Source of the DNA: Anthoceros angustus | Lineage: Eukaryota > Plantae > Anthocerotophyta | Direction of reading: 5' to 3' | Assembly: GCA_010909165.1 (NCBI GenBank) | Contig: MU008172.1 | Span: 372,001 to 436,000 of the forward strand | DNA: 64,000 nucleotides | Part shown: positions 63,667 to 64,000 of the stretch, piece after piece | Position numbering within the stretch: position 1 is the stretch's first letter | Layout of the letters: each line of letters begins with the position of its first letter | Position numbers and translations under genes: made by a program | Notes under the pieces: generated by a model | Seen by the model: only the letters and a program-made list of their open reading frames with translations | What the model was told of the DNA's origin: nothing | Databases searched by the model: none

Positions 63667-64000
63667 TCGGGTGATTCCGGGAGAGAAGCAAGCGGCCTTC
63701 TGAGAGGTTCGCATCGCTTGTGCGGGGTGACAGGTGCCTGCAGCGGTAGCTGCCCCGGGCCTTGTGACTGTGCCTGTCCCGGCCCCGGAAATGCCGGATA
63801 GGAGGAGGCGGCATCGGGCACGGTAGAGCTGCTGCAGTCGACGGAGGTGGAAGGAGGGAAGGCAATTCTGTGCGCCTGCGCCTGCGCCTGCGCCTGCGGG
63901 GGAGGCGGAGCCGTAGTCGGAGTCGGAGGGTACTGGGTGGCTTGTACTCCGTAGGTCAAGCTCCTCCTGGCCGACGGCCTGAGAGGAGGTGTTTCCGCCG
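57211..64000 (-). CDS. DEMETER/ROS1-family 5-methylcytosine DNA glycosylase/lyase; 5' end beyond the window
   Basis: KPRKKYTPKV; domain A WMGSVVDSVVGVFLTQNVSDQLSSGAFMALAAKYP; DAVDWEAV...IRERGMN; HhH GLGLKSVECIRLL; AFPVDTNVGRI; FES motif CTKSKPNCQACPMRDQC; RRM-fold LIPCRTAMRGTFPLNGTYFQ...VCVRGFD. Frame stays open to 64000. Confidence 0.95.

Overview
Gene-dense eukaryotic nuclear DNA from a compact seed-free land-plant genome. Short GT-AG introns (mostly about 60-130 bp) and the gene set fit a hornwort such as Anthoceros, or Selaginella; this is an inference. The left ~19 kb is an accessory, TE-rich zone. It holds the 3' end of a sugar transporter, a frameshifted intronless DEDDy 3'-5' exonuclease, MITEs, tandem repeats, an intronless F-box gene with a partial duplicate, DHHC and PPR relics, a Copia relic and a CRE-like RT/RLE non-LTR element. 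From 19 kb onward lie mostly intact spliced genes: a plastid membrane protein, a Codanin-1 (CDAN1) homolog, two more plastid proteins, CENH3, MED31, TAF5, phospholipase A I, a TPM-domain protein and a DEMETER/ROS1-family 5mC glycosylase that runs off the right edge. TE patches interrupt these at 33.6-39.7 kb and 53.7-57 kb. Most notable: (1) an apparently intact plant Codanin-1 that keeps both ASF1-binding B-domain-like motifs, about 4 kb from CENH3; (2) a DME/ROS1 protein that lacks the permuted CXXC cysteines but has gained a 5x CxxC tandem repeat; (3) the orphan exonuclease island. All calls come from reading motifs by eye; no searches were run.
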